A stretch of 41,008 bases of DNA. Source: Candidatus Allobutyricicoccus pentlandensis (lineage in GTDB: Bacteria; Bacillota; Clostridia; Oscillospirales; QAMX01). Below are positions 1 to 9,756 of the stretch, one piece after another; the first letter of the stretch is position 1; each line of letters opens with the position of its first letter. The translations under genes were made by a program, and so were the position numbers. Location: positions 1 to 41,008 of the forward strand of contig CAJFPH010000077.1 in NCBI GenBank assembly GCA_904398645.1. Direction: 5' to 3'. The notes below the pieces were generated by a model. That model did no database searches. It was given only the letters and a program-made list of their open reading frames with translations, and was not told the DNA's origin.

Positions 1-74
1 CTGTTTAAGATTACAAAACGCCGAAAAATTCCATTTACCGTTCATAATTTTTGAAAAACAGTTGTATAGTATAA

Positions 75-117
75 AAACGGTACCCGTCCGGAGACGCAAT
101 CCGGACGGGTACCGTTT
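75..117 (-). terminator. Intrinsic terminator after the FGGY kinase gene
   Basis: Perfect 17-bp inverted repeat AAACGGTACCCGTCCGG / CCGGACGGGTACCGTTT with a 9-nt loop. On the - strand it runs into a T-tract, 11 nt past the stop at 129-131. Confidence 0.8.
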
Positions 118-128
118 CTGCATAATGT

Positions 129-1451
129 TTATTTATTCATATAATACTTCACAAGCTCGACGTTGCCGAGAATCGGACAGTCATCTACGACCTCAAACTC
201 AAAACCGGGAATTTCATGTTTTTTCAGCTTGATATAGCTGGGCGTAGCCATACCGCCGGAAATTTTAATGGTGGGGGAGAGGTTCTGGACCGCAGCTGCC
301 TGATCAATTGCTTTTTTCAAAACGCCCTGCATACTGCGCAGCATAGCGGCCAGCATTTTGTCGCGTGTGGCCTCCAGTGTCAGTCCGTGCCAGGCACCCG
401 TCTTTTTTTCAAGGCTCTGCCGGTCGCCGGTCATATACGGATCAAATGTGACGCTGTCGTCGTCCATACACTGTTCGATTACGTCGTCTACATATTTGTA
501 AAATTCCTTTTTTGTCATCTCGCGGCAGAGCTGGTCATAGAACCAGTCTATGGCAAAACCACCCGCCGTAGTGGCATAGATTTGCCAGATACCTGGAAGC
601 GCGGAATTGCGGAGATAGTATTCGGGATTGACAGCCGGCTTGTCGGTCAGAATGCTGACCATTTCGCTCGAGCCTGTTGTATTCATCATCTCTCCTGCGT
701 GAGAGTTGTGTGCGCCCATTTGCGCAGAGGCAACATCGTTGGTACCGACAGCGACGGGGATGCCTGCTGTCACGCCAAGTTTTGAGGCGATTTCGGGCAA
801 CAGAGAACCGTGACGCGTTCCGGGATTATAGATCTCACCAAAAAGTGAACGCTCCAGACCAAATGCGTGAATCAGTTCATCGGACCAACCCCTCTGCGTT
901 GTCGTCTCATAAAGGCCCATCATGGAAGCGTTCACCAGATCTACCATCCACTCGCCGGTGAGCTGCTTGTGAATATAAGTCGGCAAATGGCCAACACGGT
1001 AGGCAGTCTTGTAGACCTCCGGTTCATTTTGCAGGAACCAGATATAAGTCATGGCAGAACAGCCGCCGGGAAACGGATAAATACCGGAAATATTCATATA
1101 GCGGTCTTTCCCGATCAAATTGTCAATAAAAGCAGTCTGTGGACGGCTGCGGCGGTCCATATGCGTAATGATGTTTTCATATACAAGGTCGCCGTTGCGG
1201 TCAAGGATAACGGGAGACGGGGAAAAGGTATCATAACAGAGATATTCCACCTTGCGGCGCAGCGCAGGGTCAAGTTTTTCTGCCGCAGCGAAAAGTGCGT
1301 GCCACAGTTCATCTTTACTCATTTCTACTTTTTCACCGGGAAGCAATATATAGGGATAATTTTCTTTTGCCCAGCAGAGCGTATGGGAATTTTCATCCAC
1401 GATACTGAGTTTTACCGCCGATGTGCCGAAGTCGATGGACAGAAATAACAT
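129..1451 (-). CDS. FGGY-family carbohydrate kinase (xylulokinase/glycerol-kinase-like)
   Basis: N-terminal LSIDFGTSAVK actin-like ATPase motif, plus GTNDVASAQMG and a C-terminal ISGGMA motif. I chose the start at the internal ATG (1451) because GGGAGG lies 6 nt upstream. The ORF-track start at 1508 has no RBS. Confidence 0.85.
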   Translation of the reverse strand: MLFLSIDFGTSAVKLSIVDENSHTLCWAKENYPYILLPGEKVEMSKDELWHALFAAAEKLDPALRRKVEYLCYDTFSPSPVILDRNGDLVYENIITHMDRRSRPQTAFIDNLIGKDRYMNISGIYPFPGGCSAMTYIWFLQNEPEVYKTAYRVGHLPTYIHKQLTGEWMVDLVNASMMGLYETTTQRGWSDELIHAFGLERSLFGEIYNPGTRHGSLLPEIASKLGVTAGIPVAVGTNDVASAQMGAHNSHAGEMMNTTGSSEMVSILTDKPAVNPEYYLRNSALPGIWQIYATTAGGFAIDWFYDQLCREMTKKEFYKYVDDVIEQCMDDDSVTFDPYMTGDRQSLEKKTGAWHGLTLEATRDKMLAAMLRSMQGVLKKAIDQAAAVQNLSPTIKISGGMATPSYIKLKKHEIPGFEFEVVDDCPILGNVELVKYYMNK

Positions 1452-1607
1452 AGAATCCTCCCTTGGCGGGTATAGACGCCGCCTGTCTTGATATTGATAT
1501 GATAGCAACCTTTTTCGGCTGTGTCAATCCGTTTCCGTGACAAGGCGCCCCTGTCGGAAAGCGGTGAATTTTGAAACAGGAAAATTAATAAGAATGTGTT
1601 AAAGGTA

Positions 1608-1636
1608 TTTACAAACGAAAAAACATGTGGTATTAT
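1608..1636 (+). promoter_or_regulatory. Sigma-A type promoter for the rpiB-transketolase operon
   Basis: TTTACA, a 17-nt spacer, then TATTAT preceded by TGg (extended -10). It lies ~85 nt upstream of the rpiB ATG. Confidence 0.6.
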
Positions 1637-1721
1637 GATTATACTTGTATATACAGGGCTGCGGTGTCTTTGTGCAAATTCGTGGAACCTGCAAGTATTT
1701 TAAAGTGTGGAGTGGTTGTTT

Positions 1722-2168
1722 ATGAAAATAGCATTCGGGTGCGATCCCAACGCGACAGATTTTAAAGCGGCTCTGATTGCTCATGTCAGAGCAAAGGGCC
1801 ATGAGTGCGTTGATTTTGGAAGTGATGATCCGATATATGCCAATGTTGCCATAGAAGTTGCTACAGAAGTCGCTTCCGGTAAATATGACCGTGGCATTCT
1901 CGTGTGCGGTACGGGTATCGGCGTCTGCATTGCAGCGAATAAGGTCAAAGGCGCTTATGCGGCACTTGTGAATAATGTCTATCAGGCACAGCGCGCGCAG
2001 CTTTCCAATAATGCCAACATTATTACCATGGGCGCGCAGGTCACTGGCATTGAAGTGGCGAAAATGATGGTTGATGAATACTTAAGCTGTACATTTGATC
2101 CGAAGTCTCGTTCCATGCCGAAGGTGCAGCGTATTTATGACTATGAGAAGGAGGCGTCTCAGTCGTGA
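1722..2168 (+). CDS. rpiB: Ribose-5-phosphate isomerase B / LacAB-family sugar-phosphate isomerase
   Basis: MKIAFGCDPN...VCGTGIGVCIAANKVKGAYAA is the typical RpiB core. The ATG at 1722 is preferred over the GTG at 1707. Confidence 0.9.
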   Translation: MKIAFGCDPNATDFKAALIAHVRAKGHECVDFGSDDPIYANVAIEVATEVASGKYDRGILVCGTGIGVCIAANKVKGAYAALVNNVYQAQRAQLSNNANIITMGAQVTGIEVAKMMVDEYLSCTFDPKSRSMPKVQRIYDYEKEASQS

Positions 2169-3028
2169 CGAAACAGGGCATAAAGGATCTGGAGCTCTCA
2201 GCGGCAAAGAGTCGTCGGAACGTCCTGCGCATGGTTGAGGCCAGCCACCATGGCCATCTCGGCGGAGCGATGTCCTGCCTCGATATCGTGACTGCGCTGT
2301 ATTTCTACAAGATGAAGATCCGTCCGGACGATCCTAAGTGGGCCGACCGTGACCGTTTTCTGTTGTCGGCGGGCCATAAGTGCATGGTACAATATGCTGT
2401 GCTGGCTGAACGGGGATATTTTGATAAGGCAGTTCTTGATACGTACGGCGCGCTGAAAACGAAGATTCCGGGGCATCCTGATATGTATAAGTTGCCGGGT
2501 GTCGAGGCAAATACTGGTGCGCTTGGACATGGACTTTCCATTGCGACCGGTATGGCGTTGGCGCTTCGCGCCGACGGTAAGGATGCAAAGGTTTATGTCG
2601 TGATGGGCGACGGTGAACTCGCCGAGGGTTCCAACTGGGAGGCTGCCGCTGCCGCTGCGCATTATGGCCTTGATAACCTTGTTGTGTTTGTGGATTTCAA
2701 CGGCTTACAGATCAGCGGCAAGGTGCAGGACATTATGGACTTCACGCCGATTTCCGATCATTTTGCGGCGTTTGGCTGGGCTGTACGTGACATTGATGGA
2801 AACAACATGGAAGAAGTTGTCCGGACGCTGGACGCGCTTCCGCTGGAGAAAGGGAAACCAAGTCTGATCGTTGCGCACACGGTCAAGAGCAAGGGCATTT
2901 CGTTTGCCGAAAACAAAGCGGCCTATCACTATTGGACGCCAAAGGGCGATGAAATGGCACAGGCGATTCATGAAGTGGAGACAAGCATTGCAGAACTGGA
3001 AAAAGAGATCAAGGAGGCGGCGGAATGA
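2165..3028 (+). CDS. Transketolase, N-terminal (TPP-binding) subunit
   Basis: GHLGGAMSCLDIV and GDGELAEGSNWEAA thiamine-diphosphate motifs. GTG start with GAAGGAGG upstream, overlapping the rpiB stop. Confidence 0.9.
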   Translation: MTKQGIKDLELSAAKSRRNVLRMVEASHHGHLGGAMSCLDIVTALYFYKMKIRPDDPKWADRDRFLLSAGHKCMVQYAVLAERGYFDKAVLDTYGALKTKIPGHPDMYKLPGVEANTGALGHGLSIATGMALALRADGKDAKVYVVMGDGELAEGSNWEAAAAAAHYGLDNLVVFVDFNGLQISGKVQDIMDFTPISDHFAAFGWAVRDIDGNNMEEVVRTLDALPLEKGKPSLIVAHTVKSKGISFAENKAAYHYWTPKGDEMAQAIHEVETSIAELEKEIKEAAE

Positions 3029-3963
3029 AAGGCGAGTTGAAGGATCCGAGAAAGACCTTTGGTAAGGCCGTTTCCGACATTGCGGAAAACGATGAGCGCA
3101 TATATGTTTTGTCTGCCGACAGCGGCGGAAGCTCTGGATTTAAGGAGTTTGCGGCGGCGCATCCGGATCGGTACTTTGAGTTTGGTATTATGGAGCAGGG
3201 TGTGACGGGCATTGCGTCCGGTATGGCGACGACTGGAAAAATTCCGGTGTTCTGTGCGATTGCCCCGTTTGTTACCTGCCGCAACTACGAGATGTTCCGT
3301 AACGATTTAGGTTATATGCGCCAGAACGTAAAGATTGTCGGGCGCAACGGTGGCTTTACGTATTCTGATCTGGGCGCAACGCACCACTCCCTTGAGGATT
3401 ACGCCATTATGCGTATGATCCCGGGCGTTGTGGTACTGGCGCCGCAGTCGCCGGATGAAATTCGCGGCGCGGCAAAGGCCATGCTTGCACACGATGGGCC
3501 TGTCTACATGCGTATCGGCAACCCGCCCATCCCGGAACTTTATGATGGAGAGCGTGAATTTGTCATCGGCAAAGGCCAGCTGTTGCGGGATGGCAGTGAT
3601 CTGACGATCATCTCCACCGGCAGCACGACGGTCGAGACTTTGAAGGCAGCCGAGACATTGGCGGAAAAGGGTGTTTCTGTGATGGTCATTGGCATGCCGA
3701 CGGTTTGTCCGATTGACGAGGGAATGGTGCTGATGGCTGCAAAGAAGACCGGCCGCATTATGACTGTTGAGGAACACTACGTCCACGGCGGGCTGGGGAC
3801 GCTGGTTGCGGAAGTCTGTGCCGAGAACTATCCGGTGCCGATCAAGATGCACGGCGTGCCGAAGGAGTATGCTACGTCCGGTCCGTACGACGAGCTTCTG
3901 CACTATTATAAACTTGATGCCGAAGGTATTGAGGAAACTGCGCTGGCGTTCCTGAAAAAATAG
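3025..3963 (+). CDS. Transketolase, C-terminal (pyrimidine-binding) subunit
   Basis: FEFGIMEQGVTGIASGMA and the C-terminal transketolase fold. ATGA overlap with the upstream subunit. Confidence 0.9.
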   Translation: MKGELKDPRKTFGKAVSDIAENDERIYVLSADSGGSSGFKEFAAAHPDRYFEFGIMEQGVTGIASGMATTGKIPVFCAIAPFVTCRNYEMFRNDLGYMRQNVKIVGRNGGFTYSDLGATHHSLEDYAIMRMIPGVVVLAPQSPDEIRGAAKAMLAHDGPVYMRIGNPPIPELYDGEREFVIGKGQLLRDGSDLTIISTGSTTVETLKAAETLAEKGVSVMVIGMPTVCPIDEGMVLMAAKKTGRIMTVEEHYVHGGLGTLVAEVCAENYPVPIKMHGVPKEYATSGPYDELLHYYKLDAEGIEETALAFLKK

Positions 3964-4036
3964 AAAAGCGGAACCCGCGTATACAGAAAGAAATAAAAAG
4001 GCTTATTATATAGAGAGACAATACCAAGAGAAGGGA

Positions 4037-4070
4037 AAAACGGCGGATGCTTTTCAGCATCCGCCGTTTT
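4037..4070 (+). terminator. Intrinsic terminator after the transketolase operon
   Basis: AAAACGGCGGATGC-TTTTCA-GCATCCGCCGTTTT hairpin with a T-tract. Confidence 0.8.
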
Positions 4071-4202
4071 GTTATAGAAAAATTGGAGCACTGCGTATGA
4101 AGAGTTGCCGCCCAGGACTATCGAATGCTTTCTCCCAGCCGGTATATGTTTGCTGTGAATTTATGGTCCGGCGGTAAAAGCAGCGGAAAATTGGTAAATT
4201 CT

Positions 4203-4241
4203 AAAGCAAAGAACCGGCACCTTGCCGGTTCTTTGCTTTTT
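4203..4241 (-). terminator. Hairpin terminator downstream of asnB
   Basis: GCAAAGAACCGGC / GCCGGTTCTTTGC inverted repeat, ~20 nt past the asnB stop, with A/T tracts on both sides. Confidence 0.7.
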
Positions 4242-4259
4242 GACTGTTTGTGTATCCAT

Positions 4260-5837
4260 TTATTGACCGCTCGCGCCGTAGTTTGACAGCACACGCGCGG
4301 AAGGGTCATTCACGTTGCAGCCTTCCCAGCTGCGGTTTGGCATCCAGAAATCCACTACCATGCCGGACTGACCGGGATAATATTTTTCAAAAATCTCGCG
4401 GTAAAGCAGGGACTCCTTTGTAAAGGGTTGCGCGTGATCATAATCGGTACAGCGCTCGGCAAATTCCTCGTCGGAATAAACCTCTTCCGCATAGAGCTTC
4501 AGATAATCCACCATGGAGTGCCCGACAGCATCGCTGAACGCGGCCTTTTCGCGCCACAGGATATCCTCAGGCAGATAGTCGCCTTCAAATGCCTTACGCA
4601 GCAGATATTTTCCCTTCCCATAGGTGTTGCGCTTTTTCTCCGGATCGATCGAGAGAACGTAAGATACAAAATCGAGATCGCCAAAAGGAACGCGCGCCTC
4701 CATGGAGTTTGCGGAGATACAGCGGTCGGCACGCAGAACATCGTACATGTGCAGTTCGCGGATTCGTTTGACGGATTCCTCTTGGAAGGCCTCGGCTGAC
4801 GGTGCAAAATCCGTATATTTATAGCCGAAGAGTTCATCAGAAATCTCGCCGGTCAAAAGTACCCGGACGTCGGTTTGCTCGTGAATTGCTTTACAGAGCA
4901 GATACATCCCCATGCTGGCACGGATTGTGGTAATGTCATAGGTACCGAGAATAGAGATCACTTTTTCCAGCGAAGAAAGGACATCCTCACGAGTCATGAT
5001 GATTTCCGTATGCGCGCTGCCGATGTAATCCGCCACTTCCCGGGCATATTTGAGATCAATGGCGTCTCCTTCCATACCTATGGCAAAAGTACGTATCGGC
5101 TTTCCGAGCAGTCTTGCGGAGATGGCACAGACAAGAGAACTGTCGAGCCCGCCGCTGAGCAGGAATCCGACGGGAGCATCGGCATCCAGACGCTTTTCCA
5201 CGCCGGCGACCAGCTTGTCGTGAATTTTTCTACAAATTTCAGGAAGCGTATCATGAGAGACCTCCGGCACCTCTGTGATGTCCCGGTAGCAGATGAACTT
5301 TCCGTCCGCATAGTAGTGACCGGGCGGAAACGGAAGAATTTCATCGGCAAGGCCAACCAGATTAACAGGTTCGCTGGCAAAAAGAATTTTCCCATTTTTG
5401 CTGTACCCGTAGTAAAGCGGACGAATGCCGATCGGGTCGCGCGCCGCGATAAGGGAGCCGCGGCGCGCGTCGTAAATCACCAGCGCGAACTCCGCATCAA
5501 GCATGCGGAACAGATCAAGTCCGTACTCCTCATAGAGCGGGAGCAGGATTTCGCAATCTGAATCGCTACGAAAATGATATTTTTTGGAAAGTGCGTCCTT
5601 TACCGGCCGAAAACCGTATAATTCGCCGTTACAGACACAGTAATTTCCATTCAATTCGAAAGGCTGCATGCCTTCCTCATGAAGTCCCATAATAGCAAGA
5701 CGGTGGAAACCCATAAGTCCGGCACCGGTTTCGATTACTCTTGTCATGTCTGGACCGCGGTATTTGGTGCGGTCAAAGCATTGAATAAAAGCATCTTTGG
5801 CAATACTTTGATCAGAGAATCCGATAATAGAACACAT
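4260..5837 (-). CDS. asnB: Asparagine synthetase B (glutamine-hydrolysing)
   Basis: N-terminal MCSIIGF (catalytic Cys2 of Ntn amidotransferases) and the SGGLDSS PP-loop. Confidence 0.9.
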   Translation of the reverse strand: MCSIIGFSDQSIAKDAFIQCFDRTKYRGPDMTRVIETGAGLMGFHRLAIMGLHEEGMQPFELNGNYCVCNGELYGFRPVKDALSKKYHFRSDSDCEILLPLYEEYGLDLFRMLDAEFALVIYDARRGSLIAARDPIGIRPLYYGYSKNGKILFASEPVNLVGLADEILPFPPGHYYADGKFICYRDITEVPEVSHDTLPEICRKIHDKLVAGVEKRLDADAPVGFLLSGGLDSSLVCAISARLLGKPIRTFAIGMEGDAIDLKYAREVADYIGSAHTEIIMTREDVLSSLEKVISILGTYDITTIRASMGMYLLCKAIHEQTDVRVLLTGEISDELFGYKYTDFAPSAEAFQEESVKRIRELHMYDVLRADRCISANSMEARVPFGDLDFVSYVLSIDPEKKRNTYGKGKYLLRKAFEGDYLPEDILWREKAAFSDAVGHSMVDYLKLYAEEVYSDEEFAERCTDYDHAQPFTKESLLYREIFEKYYPGQSGMVVDFWMPNRSWEGCNVNDPSARVLSNYGASGQ

Positions 5838-5865
5838 ACCTTACCTCACATTTTGTGCAGGCCCG

Positions 5866-7962
5866 TTATTTGACGCTGAACAGCAGTTCACCGTAAGTCG
5901 GATAGGGCCAGTATTTGGAGGATGTCATAACCTCAGACTCGTCGACGACAGCGCGAAGCTCATTCATCGCGGCAAAGACGTGGTCTTTATAGTAGACAGC
6001 CTGGTCAAGAATATCCGACACGGCCTTCACACCAATCAGGGCGTTGTCAAGGGTATCGATTTTTTCAACGATACAGGCCGTCAGACGTGAGAGCTTATCG
6101 ACGATTTTTTCTTCAAATGAACAGTCGGCCGTCGTGATAAAACTACGCTTTGCCAGCGCCGTATCGCATAAATCCTTTACATACGCGCTGATGGCCGGCA
6201 AAATGTCGCGTTTTGCCATGTCAAGCATCGTTAACGCTTCAATGTGGATGACTTTGCAATAGTTTTCAAGAAGAATCTCGTAACGGGATTTCATTTCGCT
6301 TTCTGTAAAGACGCCGTGCGTCGCGAAAAGCTTCACATTTTTCTCATGCAGGAAATAGGGAAGACAGTCGGTCGTCGAACGAAGATTTAGCAGGCCGCGG
6401 CCTTCCGTAAGCTCACGGATGTTATTCTCGTCATAGCCGTTTCCATTGAAAATAATGCGCTTGTGCGCGCGGATGGTATCGCGGATCAGATCGTGGAGTG
6501 CGGACGTAAAGCATTCTGCGCCTTCGAGTATGTCCGCATATTCACGCAAGGCTTCTGCAACGGCCGTGTTGAGTACGATGTTCGGACTTGCGACAGAGGC
6601 GGAAGAGCCAAGGCTTCTGAATTCAAACTTATTGCCGGTAAAGGCAAATGCCGAAGTGCGGTTACGATCTGTCGTATCTTTCGGGAAACGGGGCAAAACG
6701 TGGACGCCGATCTTCATCTGCACTTTTTCGGGTGCATCGTAGGAGGCGTCGTTTTCAATGGCTTTGAGAATATCGTTGAGCTCATCGCCAAGGAACATGG
6801 AAATGATGGCAGGCGGCGCCTCGTTGGCGCCCAAACGGTGATCGTTGCCGGCAGAGGCCACGGAGATTCGCAAAAGATCCTGATATTCGTCCACTGCTTT
6901 AATCACCGCACACAGGAAGAGCAGGAACTGCGCGTTTTCATGAGGCGTATCACCCGGCTCCAGGAGGTTTACGCCGGTATCGGTGGAAATAGACCAGTTG
7001 TTATGTTTGCCGCTGCCGTTAACGCCGGCAAAGGGCTTCTCATGGAGCAGACAGACAAGGCCGTGCCGCTGCGCGACTTTTTTCATGACTTCCATGGTCA
7101 ACTGATTATGGTCTGTCGCAATATTTGTTGTGGTGAAAATCGGCGCAAGTTCATGCTGCGAGGGCGCCACTTCGTTGTGCTTTGTTTTGGCATAAACGCC
7201 GAGTTTCCAGAGTTCCTCGTCCAAATCCTTCATGAATGCGGAAATACGGGGCTTTAAACTGCCAAAATAGTGATCGTCAAGCTCTTGCCCCTTCGGCGGT
7301 TTGGAGCCAAAGAGAGTACGGCCCGTATAAATGAGATCCGGACGTTTATCATACATTTCTTTGTCAATCAGGAAATATTCCTGCTCCGGACCGACGGTCG
7401 TCTTAACGGAATGGACGTCGGTATTGCCAAAGAGCTTCAAAATACGCAGGGCTTGTTTATTGATAGCCTCCATGGAGCGCAGCAGCGGCGTCTTTTTATC
7501 GAGCGCTTCGCCGCCATAGGAGCAGAACGCGGTCGGAATGCAGAGCGTACCGTCCTTAATGAATGCATAAGATGTGGGATCCCACGCGGTATAACCTCTT
7601 GCTTCAAACGTAGCGCGCAGACCTCCGGACGGGAAACTGGAAGCATCGGGTTCACCCCGGACGAGCTCTTTACCCGAAAACTCCATGATAACGTTTCCGT
7701 CATCTGTGGGAGAAATAAAGCTGTCGTGTTTTTCGGCGGTAATGCCGGTCATAGGCTGGAACCAGTGTGTGAAATGTGTCGCCCCATTTTCAACCGCCCA
7801 GTCTTTCATCGCGTTGGCAACGACGTTTGCAACATTTATGTCAAGTCTTTTGCCGTCACGAATGGCGGTTTTCATAGCCTTATAGGTTTCTTTGGGAAGG
7901 CGGGCCTTCATGGTTGTATCATTAAACACCAGACACCCAAAAATTTCAGGAACGTTTGACAT
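5866..7962 (-). CDS. glnN: Glutamine synthetase type III
   Basis: ~700-aa GS with the N-terminal MSNVPEIFG...[17 protein letters not shown] typical of type III enzymes. Start at 7962 has GGAGGG upstream. Only 28 nt separate it from asnB, so the two are likely co-transcribed. Confidence 0.9.
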   Translation of the reverse strand: MSNVPEIFGCLVFNDTTMKARLPKETYKAMKTAIRDGKRLDINVANVVANAMKDWAVENGATHFTHWFQPMTGITAEKHDSFISPTDDGNVIMEFSGKELVRGEPDASSFPSGGLRATFEARGYTAWDPTSYAFIKDGTLCIPTAFCSYGGEALDKKTPLLRSMEAINKQALRILKLFGNTDVHSVKTTVGPEQEYFLIDKEMYDKRPDLIYTGRTLFGSKPPKGQELDDHYFGSLKPRISAFMKDLDEELWKLGVYAKTKHNEVAPSQHELAPIFTTTNIATDHNQLTMEVMKKVAQRHGLVCLLHEKPFAGVNGSGKHNNWSISTDTGVNLLEPGDTPHENAQFLLFLCAVIKAVDEYQDLLRISVASAGNDHRLGANEAPPAIISMFLGDELNDILKAIENDASYDAPEKVQMKIGVHVLPRFPKDTTDRNRTSAFAFTGNKFEFRSLGSSASVASPNIVLNTAVAEALREYADILEGAECFTSALHDLIRDTIRAHKRIIFNGNGYDENNIRELTEGRGLLNLRSTTDCLPYFLHEKNVKLFATHGVFTESEMKSRYEILLENYCKVIHIEALTMLDMAKRDILPAISAYVKDLCDTALAKRSFITTADCSFEEKIVDKLSRLTACIVEKIDTLDNALIGVKAVSDILDQAVYYKDHVFAAMNELRAVVDESEVMTSSKYWPYPTYGELLFSVK

Positions 7963-7992
7963 GGATAACCCTCCGTTTCTGTAATTAAAAAG

Positions 7993-8030
7993 ACAAAGGC
8001 GCTGCAGCATTTCTGCCGCGGCGCCTTTGC
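7993..8030 (-). terminator. Intrinsic terminator-like hairpin inside the glnN leader (candidate attenuator)
   Basis: On the - strand: CAAAGGCGC...GCAG-AAATG-CTGC...GCGCCTTTG followed by TCTTTTT. It sits between the promoter at 8046-8074 and the glnN RBS. Confidence 0.65.
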
Positions 8031-8045
8031 CGTATCAATGTACAA

Positions 8046-8074
8046 ATTATAGCTCCAATCACCTCAGATGTCAA
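8046..8074 (-). promoter_or_regulatory. Consensus sigma-A promoter upstream of glnN
   Basis: - strand reads TTGACA, a 17-nt spacer, then TATAAT. Both hexamers match consensus exactly. Confidence 0.75.
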
Positions 8075-8157
8075 GTGGGAAGCCTGCTGAAATATCACCA
8101 AAGATTCTCGCTTCCCGGGGCAGCAATGTTGGTTGCAAGTGACAGCTTTCCAGGATA

Positions 8158-9756
8158 TCAGCTTTCCAATGCGGAGAGAACGGCCTGTGCAACGCGAATG
8201 CCGTCCACGGCGGCGGACATGATGCCGCCGGCATATCCGGCCCCTTCCCCACACGGGAAAATGCCGTTCAGGTTTGACTGCATATTATCATCGCGCACGA
8301 TGCGCACCGGGGAGGAGGACCGCGTTTCAACGCCCGTCAGCACAGCATCCGGCATGGCAAAACCGTGCAGGTGTGCGTCAAATATGGGAACGGCTCTCCG
8401 CATGGATTCCACAGCAAAAGATGGTAATACGGCCGATAGATCACAGAAGTTGAGACCGAGAGGATAGGTGGGAAGGACACTGCCCGCTGCGGAGGAGGGA
8501 ACACCCTGCATGAAATCACCTAAAAGCTGTGCGGGTGCAGTGAAGTTACGGCCGCCCACGGCAAAAGCCGCAGCCTCATACTGACGTTGAAACGCGACGC
8601 CGGCGAGCGGGTGACCACTGCCAAAATCCTGGGGTACCACATTTACAAGCAACGCGCTGTTGGCGTTTTCACCGTCCCGTGCGAAACGGCTCATACCGTT
8701 TGTCACAACGCCGCCTGGTTCACTCGCCGCCGCGACAACCTCGCCGCCCGGACACATGCAGAACGTATATACCGAACGTCCGCCTTCTAAGTGACATGCA
8801 AGCTTGTAGTCCGCGGCCCCAGGTATGGGATGATCCGCGCAGCCGTACTGCGCAGCGTTGATCAGACGCTGCGGGTGCTCAATACGCACGCCAATGGAAA
8901 AGGGCTTTTGATCCAGCGCCGCGCCATGGCGGTACAGCATCTCAAAGACATCACGCGCACTGTGCCCCGTAGCAAGGATCAACAGATTGGATGGAATTTC
9001 CTGACGTTCGAAGGCATGCGCTGCCACGATGCCGGAAAGCCGGCCATCTTCCAACACGATGTCACACAGCCGCGTTTCAAATCGAACGTCTCCGCCTGCA
9101 CGGAGAATCCGTGCGCGTATCTTTTGAATCACGCCGGGCAAGAGATCTGTACCGATGTGTGGCTTTGCCTGCCACAAGAGTTCCTCCGGAGCGCCTGCCT
9201 TAACGAAAGTCTCCAATACGTGCGCACAGCGCGGATCATGGATGTTGGTGGTGAGTTTACCGTCGGAAAAGGTCCCTGCTCCTCCCTCGCCAAACTGAAT
9301 GTTGGACTCCGGGTCAAGCAGCCCGGTCTTGTGAAAGCGTTCGATTGCATCGAGCCGCGCCGCGGCATCACGGCCGCGCTCCAGAACAATAGGCGCCGCG
9401 CCTGCCTCGGCAAGCGTCAGCGCGGCAAAAAGGCCCGCTGGGCCGGCCCCGCAAACAATCGGACGCAGCTGCGGAGACCTGCGTATTTTCTTTATGAATA
9501 AGGGCGCAGGTGGCCTATATGGCGCGGCATCGGGACACTTCGCACGCTGCAGTATTGCATGTTCGTCGCCATTTACGGTGAGAATTAACGTCATGACATA
9601 AAAGAGCAACGGTTTTTTACGAGCGTCGACAGAACGTTTGCGCAAGCTACAGGAAAGGATACGCTCCCTAGGAAGCTTCAGCTTCCGTGCGGCGGTTGCT
9701 ATGACCTCTGCCCATTCCGCCTGGACAGGTACTTTGACATTGCGTATTTCAATCAT
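8158..9756 (-). CDS. FAD-dependent oxidoreductase (COG2509-like uncharacterised dehydrogenase)
   Basis: Dinucleotide-binding motif IVCGAGPAGLFAAL. Size and layout fit the NAD(FAD)-utilising dehydrogenase family. AGGAG RBS. Confidence 0.75.
   Translation of the reverse strand: MIEIRNVKVPVQAEWAEVIATAARKLKLPRERILSCSLRKRSVDARKKPLLFYVMTLILTVNGDEHAILQRAKCPDAAPYRPPAPLFIKKIRRSPQLRPIVCGAGPAGLFAALTLAEAGAAPIVLERGRDAAARLDAIERFHKTGLLDPESNIQFGEGGAGTFSDGKLTTNIHDPRCAHVLETFVKAGAPEELLWQAKPHIGTDLLPGVIQKIRARILRAGGDVRFETRLCDIVLEDGRLSGIVAAHAFERQEIPSNLLILATGHSARDVFEMLYRHGAALDQKPFSIGVRIEHPQRLINAAQYGCADHPIPGAADYKLACHLEGGRSVYTFCMCPGGEVVAAASEPGGVVTNGMSRFARDGENANSALLVNVVPQDFGSGHPLAGVAFQRQYEAAAFAVGGRNFTAPAQLLGDFMQGVPSSAAGSVLPTYPLGLNFCDLSAVLPSFAVESMRRAVPIFDAHLHGFAMPDAVLTGVETRSSSPVRIVRDDNMQSNLNGIFPCGEGAGYAGGIMSAAVDGIRVAQAVLSALES

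Noticed and set aside
4071-4202. ~130-nt spacer flanked by two terminators as a possible small RNA gene
   Set aside because: I could see no promoter, conserved structure or motif. It is probably just the gap between two convergent transcription units.
6463-7959. + strand ORFs of 264 and 229 aa
   Set aside because: They are antisense to glnN with no recognisable domains. The same reasoning applies to 216-1448 (+) inside the kinase gene, 8791-9501 (+), 13454-14131 (-) and 17557-18201 (-).
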